This document shows positions 1-11,525 of a stretch of 64,000 nucleotides of DNA, piece after piece. The DNA comes from Octopus vulgaris (lineage: Eukaryota). The notes beneath the pieces are model-generated. The model saw only the letters and a list, made by a program, of their open reading frames with translations. It did no database searches and had not been told where the DNA came from. The stretch spans positions 91,574,001-91,638,000 of the forward strand of contig OX597821.1 in the NCBI GenBank assembly GCA_951406725.2. Direction: 5' to 3'. How positions within the stretch are numbered: the first letter of the stretch is position 1; each line of letters opens with the position of its first letter. Both the position numbers and the translations under genes were made by a program.

Positions 1-200
1 GCAGTTTTAATGAGAAATGATGCCCCCATCAACATGTTCAGCAGACATTGCCCCATCTGATTATCATTTATTCTACAGTCTTCAAAATCATTTGGATGTA
101 AAAAATATGAATTTTGTTGATGAGGTCAGAACAGTTGTGGGAGATTATTTTTCATCACAGACAAGTGAATTTTGGAAGAGGGGCCTTACAAGTTTACCTT
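1..200 (+). mobile_element. Mariner/Tc1 transposase C-terminal relic
   Basis: ORF 17-289 begins SADIAPSDYHLFYSLQNHLD...FWKRGLTSLP, matching the mariner YSPDLAPSDYHLF motif region; cut off at ~200 by another repeat. Confidence 0.85.
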
Positions 201-1156
201 CCTTGCCAAGTACTAACTGCATGAGAAACCAATATGTATATTTTCTGATAGTATCATTCAAAATGTATCCAACAATTTCGCTGTGTTGATGCTCTTTGAT
301 GGGTCGAATGTATAGCCACATTTAATGCTGCCTGGTTTTCTTGATTTTCTTTTATCTACAAATCTATTGGAACTCAAACCATCTTAATTCTTCAACCAAC
401 CATCTCTTTAAAACTCGTGACTCACCAACGTTATTTCCTGTGGCAAGTAACAAAGAAATTCCAGTTTATCATTCTATGCAGAAGATAAATTTTGAAACAT
501 TTTCTTTTGCATATTCGTAATCTCCAACATTTAAAACATAGGAATCCGAAGAAATTCTTTTTTAAATGCATTTTTCAAGATGAGGTGTGAAACTGTATTA
601 GCTACCCCACCTCCCATTTCTAATTGCTGAAGATTTGGAGAACTTCAATATTTTCATTCACAAAGCAGTTTTTATCCTACATTTTTCAGTCACTCTTTTT
701 CAGCTCCGATGTCACAGATTATAAAGAGTATAAATTTTATGAAGCATCTTGAAGAAACATCTCTCTACTGTACTTTTAACACCACATCCACATTCAACTC
801 AACATTCTGTCATGGCCACCACCACCACCACTCTCGGGATTTTCACAAGACACCTTCACAGAGTATCACATCCATTCAAGCCAATTCGAATTTGACGAAT
901 GCTCATCCAGTTTCTTTTCATTGCTATCTTGGATTCTAGTATCTCATCACCATGAAGCCAGCAGACATTTTCATCACTTACCACCATTTCATTTCAACCG
1001 CTACCCTTTAGGACTTTTGTCTTGCTGCCATTCAACATCCTTGTTCACAGCAGTTACAGCAAGTCCAGCTATTCGTGATCAATTTTTCATACCAGCTTAT
1101 ATCTTTTGCTACTTCTTCCACCTCCACAAGCTCATTGCTGACTTTCAGTGTTGCTT
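201..1156 (-). mobile_element. Decayed repeat, probable Penelope-like C-terminal (GIY-YIG) fragment, copy 1
   Basis: Direct repeat of 4598-5536; minus-strand reading with stops FEFQ*IC..KTRQH..IRPIKEH resembles the PLE GIY-YIG block (YxFxC..YIGxT...RIKEH). Confidence 0.5.
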
Positions 1157-1249
1157 AATTTTGAAAAATGAAAAAAACCCACATTATTTATAGGATGACC
1201 CAGTATAATTATTATGTAATTGATCCTCTGATGTCCAGCATAGCCAAGT

Positions 1250-2630
1250 CTCTTGTCTTTGTTCAATGTTTACCATGTTCAATAACACTATGAATCAAAT
1301 TAAGACTGAATTAATTGCTAATATTTTCAATATGACGTGATATTAGGCATCATAAGCAACAATTCAAAACTGAAAGAGAAATATATTTACTCAACAGAAA
1401 TCATGACAGATAATACATATAGACAACCAAAAAATATGCCATCTGCCAAACCAATCAACTTTCTGAAGAAGCTGTTAGTCATATGTACAGTAAAAGTACC
1501 TTTCTATTCTTCATAAGGCAATTTATAAAGAAGAGATGGAGTAAATATGGGTTCGTGCTTTGAGTCAATGTTTATAGCATTCAACCAAGTGATAACAGAG
1601 AATAGAGTGGTACTTAATATATGGTGTATACCAGAAATGTCGATAATATATTTGTTGAGATGTATATATCATAAGACATTGAGAAGTTGAAGAAAAGAAA
1701 GACTTGAAAAACAACTCAATATAAAAAGTTAACATCCAAAATAATAAAAATTATAAAGATATGAATCCAGTTTCAGATATAAAAATCCAGATAAAAAGAA
1801 TAGGCTTATTGCATCTGTATACACTAAAGTTCAAAATAATATATCTGCATGGAGACAGTGAATGTCCTCACAGTCACAAAATGTCAGCGATAATACCTCT
1901 TTTCAAAAGAGACTATAGATTCTCATCCACATACACAACACTGAATCAAGTAATTCACAAAATAAAACAAACAGAAATATACAATTACTGACTAATAGAT
2001 GAAGCAACAAAAGAATTACATTGCACCATCAAATATTACACATATTAAAAGCACACAAATATATAAATAGTACTATATCAATAAAAATGCATACTGTCTA
2101 TAGAACATATGACAATATCATTAAAAACCTCATAAAACAGAACTCAAAATGCAACACTCAAAGTAAAAAACATAGCAACGATAATATACAGGAAAACACT
2201 AAAATCAAAGCCTTCCTTATCAACAACAAACCCCAAGCATCGAGCGCAAACTACAGATGACCAATGTAATTTATAAATTTGATTGAAAACATGAAAGTGG
2301 AAACCTAATGAATCCTACTGTGCCATTAGTCATACAAGTACAACATGCTCATGTTGGCTCACCATGTAGCTACAACACAGACCAATTGTAACACACTATG
2401 GTGTACAACATAAAACAGAACAGGACAGGAAGATGTTAGGGAAGGAACAACGTGTTCATACTTTAATTTCCCACAAAAACAGACCATTAACAAGAGAAGC
2501 ATTACTCATAGCACACCACATATAATGCACGGAGCAATGCACATTACACAAACATGTGAACGCACAAACACATTGCAAATGAAATATACCTATGGTTAAT
2601 GACAACAAAATCAAACAATTAAAATATATT
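1250..2630 (+). mobile_element. Penelope-like retroelement relic (RT + GIY-YIG)
   Basis: Degenerate motifs in order: LLKKLLVICT..PF (1460-1510), DGVNMGS (1535-1555), YTRNVDNIFV (1627-1656, YxDD-like), TNVIYKFD (~2260), HTSTTCS.WLTM, REALLI (~2492); many stops and frameshifts. Confidence 0.75.
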
Positions 2631-2744
2631 AAAAAAAAAGTGGTCAAAACCAAGCATCCAAGCATCATCACAGCAGCTGCCTTCCAGAACAATGAAGCAG
2701 TTGCACACTTCATATCCTAAAGTTGAAACAATGAGGTTCTAGCA

Positions 2745-2848
2745 AAAATGATGATGACAATGATGATGATGATGGTGGTGGTGGTGGTTGTGATGGTGGT
2801 GGTGGTGGTGATGGTGGTTGTGATGGTGGTGGTGGGGTGGGATGATGA

Positions 2849-2882
<34 letters not shown>

Positions 2883-3020
2883 GGTGGTGGTGGTTGTGAT
2901 GGTGGTGGTGGTTGTGATGGTGGTGGTGGGGTGGGATGAGGATGACAATGATGATGATGATGATGATGATGGTGGTGGTGGGGTGGGATGAGGATGATGA
3001 TGAGGATCATCATCATCATC
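2745..3020. repeat. Compound (GAT)n/(GGT)n microsatellite
   Basis: Direct inspection; source of the poly-H/P/T ORFs. Confidence 0.95.
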
Positions 3021-3054
3021 AGGAAATTTATAACTGTTTTTTAAAAACAAGCTG

Positions 3055-3470
3055 TACTCTCTCTCTTTACTCTTTTACTTGTTTCAGTCATTTTGACTGC
3101 GGCCATGCTGGAGCACCGCTTTTAGTCGAGCAAATCGACCCCGGGACTTGTTCTTTGTAAGCCCAGTACTTATTCTATCGGTCTCTTTTGCCGAACCGCT
3201 AAGTGACGGGGACATAAACACACCAGCATTGGTTGTCAAGCAATGCTAGAGGGACAAACACAGACACACAAACATACACACACACATATATTTATATATA
3301 TACATATATACTACGGGTTTCTTTCAGTTTCCATCTACCAAATCCACTCATGAGGCTTTGGTCGGCCTGAGGCTATAGTAGAAGGCACTTGCCCAAGATG
3401 CCACGCAGTGGGATTGAATCCGGAGCCATGTGGTTGGTTAGCAAGCTACTTACCACACAGCCACTCCTGC
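3055..3470 (-). mobile_element. SINE-A (tRNA head, CORE-like segment, internal (TA)n(TG)n, (GTAAAAGA)n tail)
   Basis: Reverse complement of the family seen at 8344, 13941, 18730 and others. Confidence 0.9.
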
Positions 3471-3759
3471 ACTCTGTACATCTACAAAAATATTAAAACT
3501 CCTTAATACAAAAAAGTGAAAGCTACAACACAGTGGCAAAGCCATTTCTATAGATGTGTGTGTGTGTGTGTGTATGTGTACAAATGTCTGTGTAAGTGTT
3601 CTATGAAGAGTACTTTAAAAGTAGGCATGACTTCTTCAAAATGACTTCAGTAAGATATTAGAGTATCTCAATCTACTGCTTGCTATCCATGGTGCAGCTA
3701 TGTTCTAGAAAATCAAGGAAAATGACACACTTGTCATCCACCAAAATAGCCACCATATA

Positions 3760-3760
3760 C

Positions 3761-3801
<41 letters not shown>

Positions 3802-3878
3802 CATCTATCTATCCATCTATCCATCTATCTGTCTATCTATCCATCCATCCATCCATCCATCCATCCATCCATCCATCC

Positions 3879-3960
<82 letters not shown>

Positions 3961-3996
3961 ATATATATATATATATTTGTGTGTGTGTGTGTGTGA
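3760..3996. repeat. (TATC)n/(TCCA)n/(TA)n/(TG)n microsatellite
   Basis: Direct inspection. Confidence 0.95.
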
Positions 3997-4194
3997 GTAA
4001 ATTAATGTTTACTTCGATGTTCAGTCATAATAAAATCAATTTTACATTATTCTAATGGATTACACTTGACTTTTGTGGAGTACAAATTTATTATTCTCAT
4101 ATAATAATGTTGTTGACAATGTCTTTAAAGGTTTGTCTTATATGAGGAAGTATAAAAAGTGAGTTCATTTATTTAACCACTTGATATCCATAGG

Positions 4195-4227
4195 ATTACG
4201 AGCGTTTCAGAGTCTTCATCATGTAAT
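4195..4227 (-). ncRNA. Degenerate minimal hammerhead-like motif
   Basis: Minus: ATTAC-ATGATGA-AGACTCT-GAAA-CGCTC-GTAAT; stem I 5 bp; C3 replaced by A; stem II tiny. Confidence 0.35.
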
Positions 4228-4597
4228 TGTAGTAACTATATGTTCACAGACTGCCTCTCTACCCTTAAATACCCAAATATTGGCTCACATGCTATGTTTT
4301 CTAAAAGTGGTTACATGATCTAGTCATGTGATGGTCGAGTCCTTCTAGCTTTACATGGGTTCTCATCACATCACATGACAGACCAGACTAGTGCAGGCAA
4401 ATGAGGTTTGTTCACCTAAGCCTACCATCAGCATTAAAAAGAGGCTTCACTCCCACTTTTTTTCAGTGTGGTGGGAAGCACTGTCAAGAGGAGTTTATTT
4501 TGCAGGTAGCCTCAGGTAGCCTTGAAGTATTGCATCCTTTCCTATTTTCCAGCAGAAGTCATGTCATGTATTTGTTTACTTGTTCTATTCAAGCACA

Positions 4598-5536
4598 CCT
4601 CGTCAAGTACCAACTGTATGAGAAACCAATATGTATATTTTCTGACAGCATTATTAAAAATGTATTCAACAATTTCGCCATGTTAATGCTCTTTAATGGG
4701 TCAAATGAATCATCGCGTTTAATCTTGCCTGGTTTTGTTGATCTTTCTTTATCTATATACACATATTTATTGGAACTCAAACCAACTTAATTCTTCAACC
4801 AACTATCTCATTAAAACTCGTGACCGACCATCATGATTTACTGTTACAAGTAATAAATAAATTCCAATTTATCATTCTATGTGGAAGATAAATTTTGAAA
4901 CATTTTCTTTTGTGTATTTTTAATCTCTGAAATCTAAAACCTAGGAATCCGAAGAAATTTTTTCAAAAAAGTGCATCTTTAAAGGTGAGGTGTAAGACTG
5001 CATTAGCCCTCGACCTCCCATTTCTCTAATGGCCGAGGAGTTGGAGAACCTCAATTTTTTCAATCACACATTTTTCAGTCACTCTTTCAGCTCCGATGTC
5101 AGAGATTATAAGAAGTTTAAATTTTATGAAGAATCTTGAGGAAACATCTCTCTACTGTACCTTAACACCACATCCACATTCAACTCGATAACCTGTCATG
5201 GCCACCACCACCACTCTCAGGATTTTCACAAGTCACCTTCACAGAGTATCACATCCATTCAAGCCAATTCGAATTTGACGAATGCTTGTCCAGTTTCTTT
5301 TCATCACCATCTTGGATTCCAGTATCTCATCACCATGATGCCAGCAGACATTTTCATCACCACCATTTTATTTCAACCGCTACCCTTTAGGACTTTTGTC
5401 TTGCTGCCATTCAGCATCCTTGTTCACAGCAGTTACAGCAAGTCCAGCTACTCGTGATCAATTTTTCATACCAGCTTATATCTTTTGCTACTTCTTCCAC
5501 CACCACAAGCTCATTGCTGACTTTCAGTGTTGCTTG
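4598..5536 (-). mobile_element. Decayed repeat, probable PLE GIY-YIG fragment, copy 2
   Basis: Colinear with 201-1156 over ~940 bp. Confidence 0.5.
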
Positions 5537-5924
5537 ACACAGCAGTCATTTCTCCATTTCATTTTTTTTTCATTTGAGAAATATCTTTTTGTCTCAGCTT
5601 ATAAACAAGCAGTTTGTAACTGTTTCCACCTTTTCTAATCACTGAAAATACCTTATTCATTCATGGTGTTTTCACCTTGTCTATAGGCAGCAACTTTCAC
5701 CTACACGACCCCAGTGTCACATCGAATGTAGATGTGCTTTTATGGTTTAAACACATGTTTCTCTGCAGTTTTCTTTAATCATTTTTCACTCAGAAAGCAT
5801 TGATTGATTTCAGGTTAAAGCAGAAACACTTTATGGGGGTACCACAAAGTGGGATCAAATAACCAAAGTCACATGATTTTAAAAAATGATTCTCCTAACA
5901 GCACGGCTAAGCCTGTACTTACTA

Positions 5925-6386
5925 TCATCATCATTTAGCGTCCGCTTTCCATGCTAGCATGGGTTGGACGGTTCAACTGGGGTCTGGGAAGCCAGAAGGC
6001 TGCACCAGGCCCAGTCTGATCTGGCAGTGTTTCTACGGCCGGATGCCCTTCCTAACGCCAACCACTCCGTGAGTGTAGTGGGTGCTTTTTACGTGCCACC
6101 TGCACAGGTGCAAGACGGGGCTGGCAAACGGCCACGGATGGATGGTGCTTTTTACGTGCCACCGGCACGGGGGCCAGGCAAGGCTGGCAACGGCCACGAT
6201 CGGATGGTGCTTTTCACGTGCCACCAGCATGGAGGCCTGTCGGGCCGGCGCTGGCAATGGACACGGTCTTGTGGTGCTTTTTACGTGCCACCGCCACGGA
6301 GGCCTGTCGGGGCGGCTGTGGCAAAGGACACGGTCGGGTGGTGCTTTTTACGTGCCCCCGGCACGGGGACCAGGCGAGGCTGGCAG
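5925..6386 (-). mobile_element. RTE-LINE 3' tail fragment with 5 units of a 62-67 bp tandem repeat
   Basis: Same 3' end (ggcgttaggaagggcatcc...agcggacgctaaatgatgatg) and same repeat unit as the LINE at 34583-36824; units start at 6081, 6144, 6206, 6273, 6340. Confidence 0.85.
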
Positions 6387-6454
6387 TGTGTGTGTGTGTT
6401 TTTGTGTGCTTCTAAGAAAATAGTATAAGTGTATAGGTAAGTGTACAATTAAGA

Positions 6455-6697
6455 GTGAGATGCATAGCTTAGTGGTTACGGTATTCAGCTCAGTCGTAAA
6501 GTCATGAGTTCAAAGTACCTGCATTTCAAAGGGCCAGTCTTGTTTCATTCTGTGTCACACTGAATCTCCCTGAGAACTACTTTAAGGTTACACATATCTA
6601 TGGAGTGCTCGGTCACTTGCACATCAATTTCTGAAGCAGGCTGTTCCATTGATCAGTTCAACTGGAACACTCATAGTCGTAACTGACAGAGTGCCAG
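6455..6697 (+). mobile_element. Degenerate, internally deleted SINE-C (tail type 1)
   Basis: tRNA-like head (gcttagtggtt...gagttcaa) joined to tail matching the reverse complement of 20213-20390. Confidence 0.6.
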
Positions 6698-7169
6698 GTT
6701 TTACTTGATTTAGTATCCATGGAAAATATGAGAATAAATCAAAAAATTTTGCTAAAATATCTGACAATATGGTATTGGTGCCACTTGCTTTGAATAGTGT
6801 AGGCAGGGGAATTTCTGGAGAGTTATTTCATTTCAATAGCAATGCTATATCTATAAACATTGGTATACCAGCTAAGAACATAGGATTAAATTGACCATTC
6901 AAAATGACCAGCAGAATGGATTTGAATAAAGTTTAGTGGAAATTCTTCTACTTATCTCTTCCCCTTTCACTGCCAACTTATCTGGTTGGCTAGTAGCAAA
7001 TTTAGATTCTTATAAGTTAGTTATGGTTCCGGATTCAACGTTCATATATCTTCTCGTACACATTATACCTTCCAGCAGTCGAGGCAAATACTTCGTCTTA
7101 AAATTCAGTTAAGAAATTACGTGGCTAGTGAAAAACTTTTGTGATTAGGTGAATACAAAAGAAGAGTAA

Positions 7170-7335
7170 TGCACACGCGTACGCATGTGTGTGTGTGTGT
7201 GTGCATGCACGCAAGGGCATACATGTATAAATAGCCTCTGAAAGGACATAAAAGACCATGTATATATGTGTGGTGTGCATATATTTATATACATCATTTA
7301 TATTTACTGTATGTGTATGTATGTGTATGTGTGTA

Positions 7336-7383
<48 letters not shown>

Positions 7384-7518
7384 TATTACACACACAAAGT
7401 ATACAGATATATATATATATGTGTGTGTGTATGTGTGTAAGTATATATATAAGCTGTGTTTCTTTATTCTCAGGCTATTTATATATATATATATACATAC
7501 ATATATATATATATACAC

Positions 7519-7583
<65 letters not shown>

Positions 7584-7655
7584 AGTAAGTGTGTGTTTGT
7601 GCATGTGTGTGTGTGTAGGTGGCTACGTGTGTGTGTGTGTGTGTGTGTGCTCGTA
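7170..7655. repeat. (TA)n/(TG)n/(CA)n microsatellite field
   Basis: Direct inspection. Confidence 0.95.
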
Positions 7656-8343
7656 CGAAAGTAACTATTACTCTCCCCTTATCTTTATATCTCTCATCTG
7701 CTTTCCTCTTTTATCTATCTATATTTCTACTCCTCTCACTTTACCAAACACCAATAGCTTCATTTAACCAGCTTGAAGGCAAGATAAGCACGTTAAGAGC
7801 ATTGCTTGAAATATTCATGTCCTTCTTTAATAGATTTCTATGAAAATATTATTCCAACCCCCATCACCTTTTATACTCGATAGACATTTTGCACCACTAG
7901 AGGGGAAAAGAAATATACAGAATAGCTTCGCTGTCACTCACTGACAAAAGCATCTTTTAAATGATTCCCATTTCTTACATAGCAAGATCTCTCTTTTAAA
8001 CAATGAGAAACAAGATGGTGTTACATCCAGACTAGATTTTGGACTCCACACAAGTAGCCAGGAGTTGTGTTGTATCCATGCCTTTCCCAACACCTTAAGT
8101 GACCTGAATGAAAGACAAACAGACAGAAATGGTAACTGAACTAGCCAGATACATACTCTTTTCTTTGAACTTGGGGTTATTTATTTCTTTGTTGTCTATC
8201 ACATTTTGCAAACAGCGGTACCTCTGGTTACATATTTTCAGCAGAATAATTACTGGTTCAATGTATTTAGAATAGCAAGCTTGATAAGGGATTGTGTGGA
8301 AACTTAGACAGAACAAATATTACATGTAATTTTCAGTCAAAAT

Positions 8344-8512
8344 CGCAGGAGTGGCTGTGTGGTAAGTAGCTTGTTTACCAACCACATGGTTCCGGGTTCA
8401 GTTCCACTGCGTGGCACCTTGGGCAAGTGTCTTCTACTATAGCCTCAGGCCGACCAAAGGCTCGTGAGTGGATTTGGTAGACGGAAACTGAAAGAAGCCC
8501 GTCATATATATG

Positions 8513-8545
<33 letters not shown>

Positions 8546-8756
8546 TTGTGTGTCTGTGTTTGTCCTTCTAGCATTGCTTGACAACCGATACTGGTGTGTT
8601 TATGTCCCCGTTACTTAGCGGTTCGGCAAAAGATACCGATAGAATAAGTACTGGGCTTACAAATGAATAAGTCCCGGGGTCGAGTTGCTCGATTAAAGGC
8701 GGTGCTCCAGCATGGCCACAGTCAAATGACTGAAACAAGTAAAAGAGTTAAGAGTA
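8344..8756 (+). mobile_element. SINE-A
   Basis: A box tggctgtgtggt, B box ggttcagtcc, CORE-like accttgggcaagt, internal microsatellite, gtaaaagag tail. Confidence 0.9.
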
Positions 8757-9278
8757 GAGATTATATGAGGTTTCATACTAAATCTGCTTAAAAGGCTTTA
8801 AGTAATCTGAGTCTGCAGTAGAAGACACCTGAAAAGGTAATGAAGTGGGACTGAACCCCGAAACTACATGGCTGAGAAGCAAGCTTTTTCCCCACACAGC
8901 AATGCCTTCTTATACTTCAGTGCAAAGTAAATAAATACAATATCATTAATGTTTCTTCAGCATTTTAATGTCTACTTTTCCATGATGACATGGGTCAGAA
9001 GAAAGTTATTGCAGCCTGATATTCTACAGCAGACACTCTTCCTTTAACCAAATATCACTTGTTTCTCAGCAACATACCATCTCCTTTCGTTCTTCAAACA
9101 ATAAACAGCTGTTAAGAGCACACACACACATATACATGTGCATTTGCACACACTTACAAACACACACACATGCTTACATATCTATACAACAGGTTTCTAC
9201 ACTGTCCCTGTCTACCAACTTCCACACACATAGTTTTTGTCAACCTAAGTATATGGTAAAAAGATATTACTTGCCCTA

Positions 9279-9509
9279 GGCGGCGAGCTGGCAGAATCGT
9301 TAGCATGCCAGACGGAATGCTTAACGGTATTTCGTCTGCCGTTATGTTCTGAATTCAAATTCCGCCAAGGTCGACTATGCCTTTCATCCTTTCGGGGTCG
9401 ATTAAATAAGTACCAGTTACGCACTGGGGTCGATTTAATCGACTTAATCCGTTTGTCTGTCCTTGTTTGTCCTCTCTGTGTTTAGCCCCTTGTGGGTAGT
9501 AAAGAAATA
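9279..9509 (+). mobile_element. SINE-B (tRNA-derived, tail type 1) with 17-bp TSD
   Basis: ggcggcgagctggcagaatcgttagc head, B box gaattcaaattcc; TSD agatattacttgcccta at 9262-9278 and 9509-9525. Confidence 0.9.
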
Positions 9510-10251
9510 GATATTACTTGCCCTAAATACCATACAGTGAAATTGAACCAAGAACCATATAATAGCAAAGAGAATTTCTTAACCACGCAGCCTTACAATT
9601 ACTAAAGGCCTAAAATGCCTATTATCTTTCATCTTTCACATGTTCCACTCATTTGACTGTGGTCAAGCTGGAACACTACCTTAAATGGTTTAATCAAACA
9701 AAATCAACCCCAATATCTTTTTTTTTTTATATCTGCTGCTTATTCAATAGGTTTCTTATGACAAAGTGCTATGTCATAAGGATGTAAACCAACTGACACT
9801 GGTTGCCAAGCAGTGGGGTCTGGGAGCCAAACATAGATACACACGTACATGTAAAGATACAAACATATGTGTTTGCCTATATGTTTGTCAGCATGTGTGT
9901 GTGTGTGTGAGACAGGTTTCCACACAGTTTCCATTAACAAAATTCACTCACAATGCATTGGTAGGCTATAATAGAAGACACTTGCTCAAGGTATCATGCA
10001 GTGGAACTGAACCTGAAACCACATGGTTGCAATATTAGTCAGTGAATGAGATTATTATTTTCTCTTACATAAGTATATTATGCATTCCTCTCTCTAACCT
10101 CTTCAGCACAATGGACAAAGTGCTGATGGCTTGTCTCCAATCATTTTATGCTGCTGTGTCTCGGAGGGGATCAACTCATTTAACTGCTAAGTATACAAAT
10201 CAAACAATATCTCTATATCCGTATGAACATGGAGTGATACAGTTAACTGCT

Positions 10252-10454
10252 TTAACCCTTTAGTGTTCACATTATTCTACCAAAATTAATGCTTTTCCAT
10301 CCACATTGTTTTGAGCTAATCATGCATTATCTTGTAGCTATGAGATTTTGATGAGGTAGCTGTTGGTGTGAGAGACCTGATCTGGCCAGTTTGAACATAA
10401 AACAAGCAGAATACTTTTGGCCGGATATGGTCGGTTTAAATGCTAAAGGGTTAA
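10252..10454. mobile_element. piggyBac-type non-autonomous MITE (195 bp)
   Basis: TTAA-CCCTTTAG...CTAAAGGG-TTAA: TTAA target duplication and CCC-starting terminal inverted repeats. Confidence 0.75.
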
Positions 10455-10771
10455 GTGGAATAAACAGTATATATTTGATGAAATTCATTCACATCATCAA
10501 CCTCAGTGGAATCATCATCCCCAATATCTGCAGCAGCATTGTAAAATCTACTCTACAATGCATGCATTGGTCAGATGGGACTTGTGGAGGCAGGTCATCT
10601 ATTGTTGGATGTCCTTCTTGTCACAAATTCTTATTTGTCTCCAAGCAAGATTTGGTTTATCCATGACTGCACAATTTTTTCAAGAGAAGTTGGAAAAGAA
10701 AGTCGGAAATGAATGACAATATTTGTATGAGGTCATCACTTGTTTCCAACTATCATGCACAAAGGGACACG

Positions 10772-10820
<49 letters not shown>

Positions 10821-11421
10821 TCATATATATACACAAGCTTCTTTCGGTTTCCATCTGCTAAATCCACTTAAAAGGCTTTAAGTAATCTGTGTCTGTAGTA
10901 GAAGACACCTGAAAAAGTAATGCAGTGGGATTGAACCCCAAAACTCACATGGTTGGGAAGCAGGTTTCTTTACCACACAACAATGCCTTCTTATATTTTT
11001 AAAACTTACATGCTTTGATTTGAAAAAAAACAGGAGTGTTCCAATAGCCACCACAGGCCGTTTTTAGATTGGAGAAATGCCACAGATGTTCCTTCAAAAT
11101 GATGGCTACTGGGAAAATGAAAACAGGGTGAGAAATCCTGAGGGTTGATGTTTCAAGATGGAAAAACTAAGTAAACTGTTTAGCACAAGGCTTGTGAAGG
11201 ATGGTGCCACAAACAGAATGGGTGATGAGAATAAATCTGAATTGAGAGTGCCGGAATAAAAATAGCAGGAGAACTGCCAGTTCTTAGGAACAGAGGCCAC
11301 TGCAGTGGGAAATGAGATGCCAGCATGAAAGTACACCTGAGGTTGGAGTGTGTTGGCAAACAACTTTATGCCTATTAGTCAGGTGAAAAACCCCCTTTTT
11401 TTAAATGCAGTCTACGATGTC

Positions 11422-11525
11422 ATCATCATCATCATCATTTAACGTCCGCTTTCCATGCTGGCATGGGTTCGACGGTTTGACTGAGGACTGGCAGGCCAGG
11501 AGGCTGCACCAGGCTCCAGTCTGAT
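11422..11525 (-). mobile_element. RTE 3' tail fragment
   Basis: catcatcat-ttaacgtccgctttccatgctggcatggg, same tail as 34583. Confidence 0.8.

Noticed and set aside
4316-4379. Hairpin gtcatgtgatg/catcacatgac and a miR-279-like seed on the minus strand
   Set aside because: Pairing beyond 11 bp is poor and the rest does not match the miRNA as I recall it
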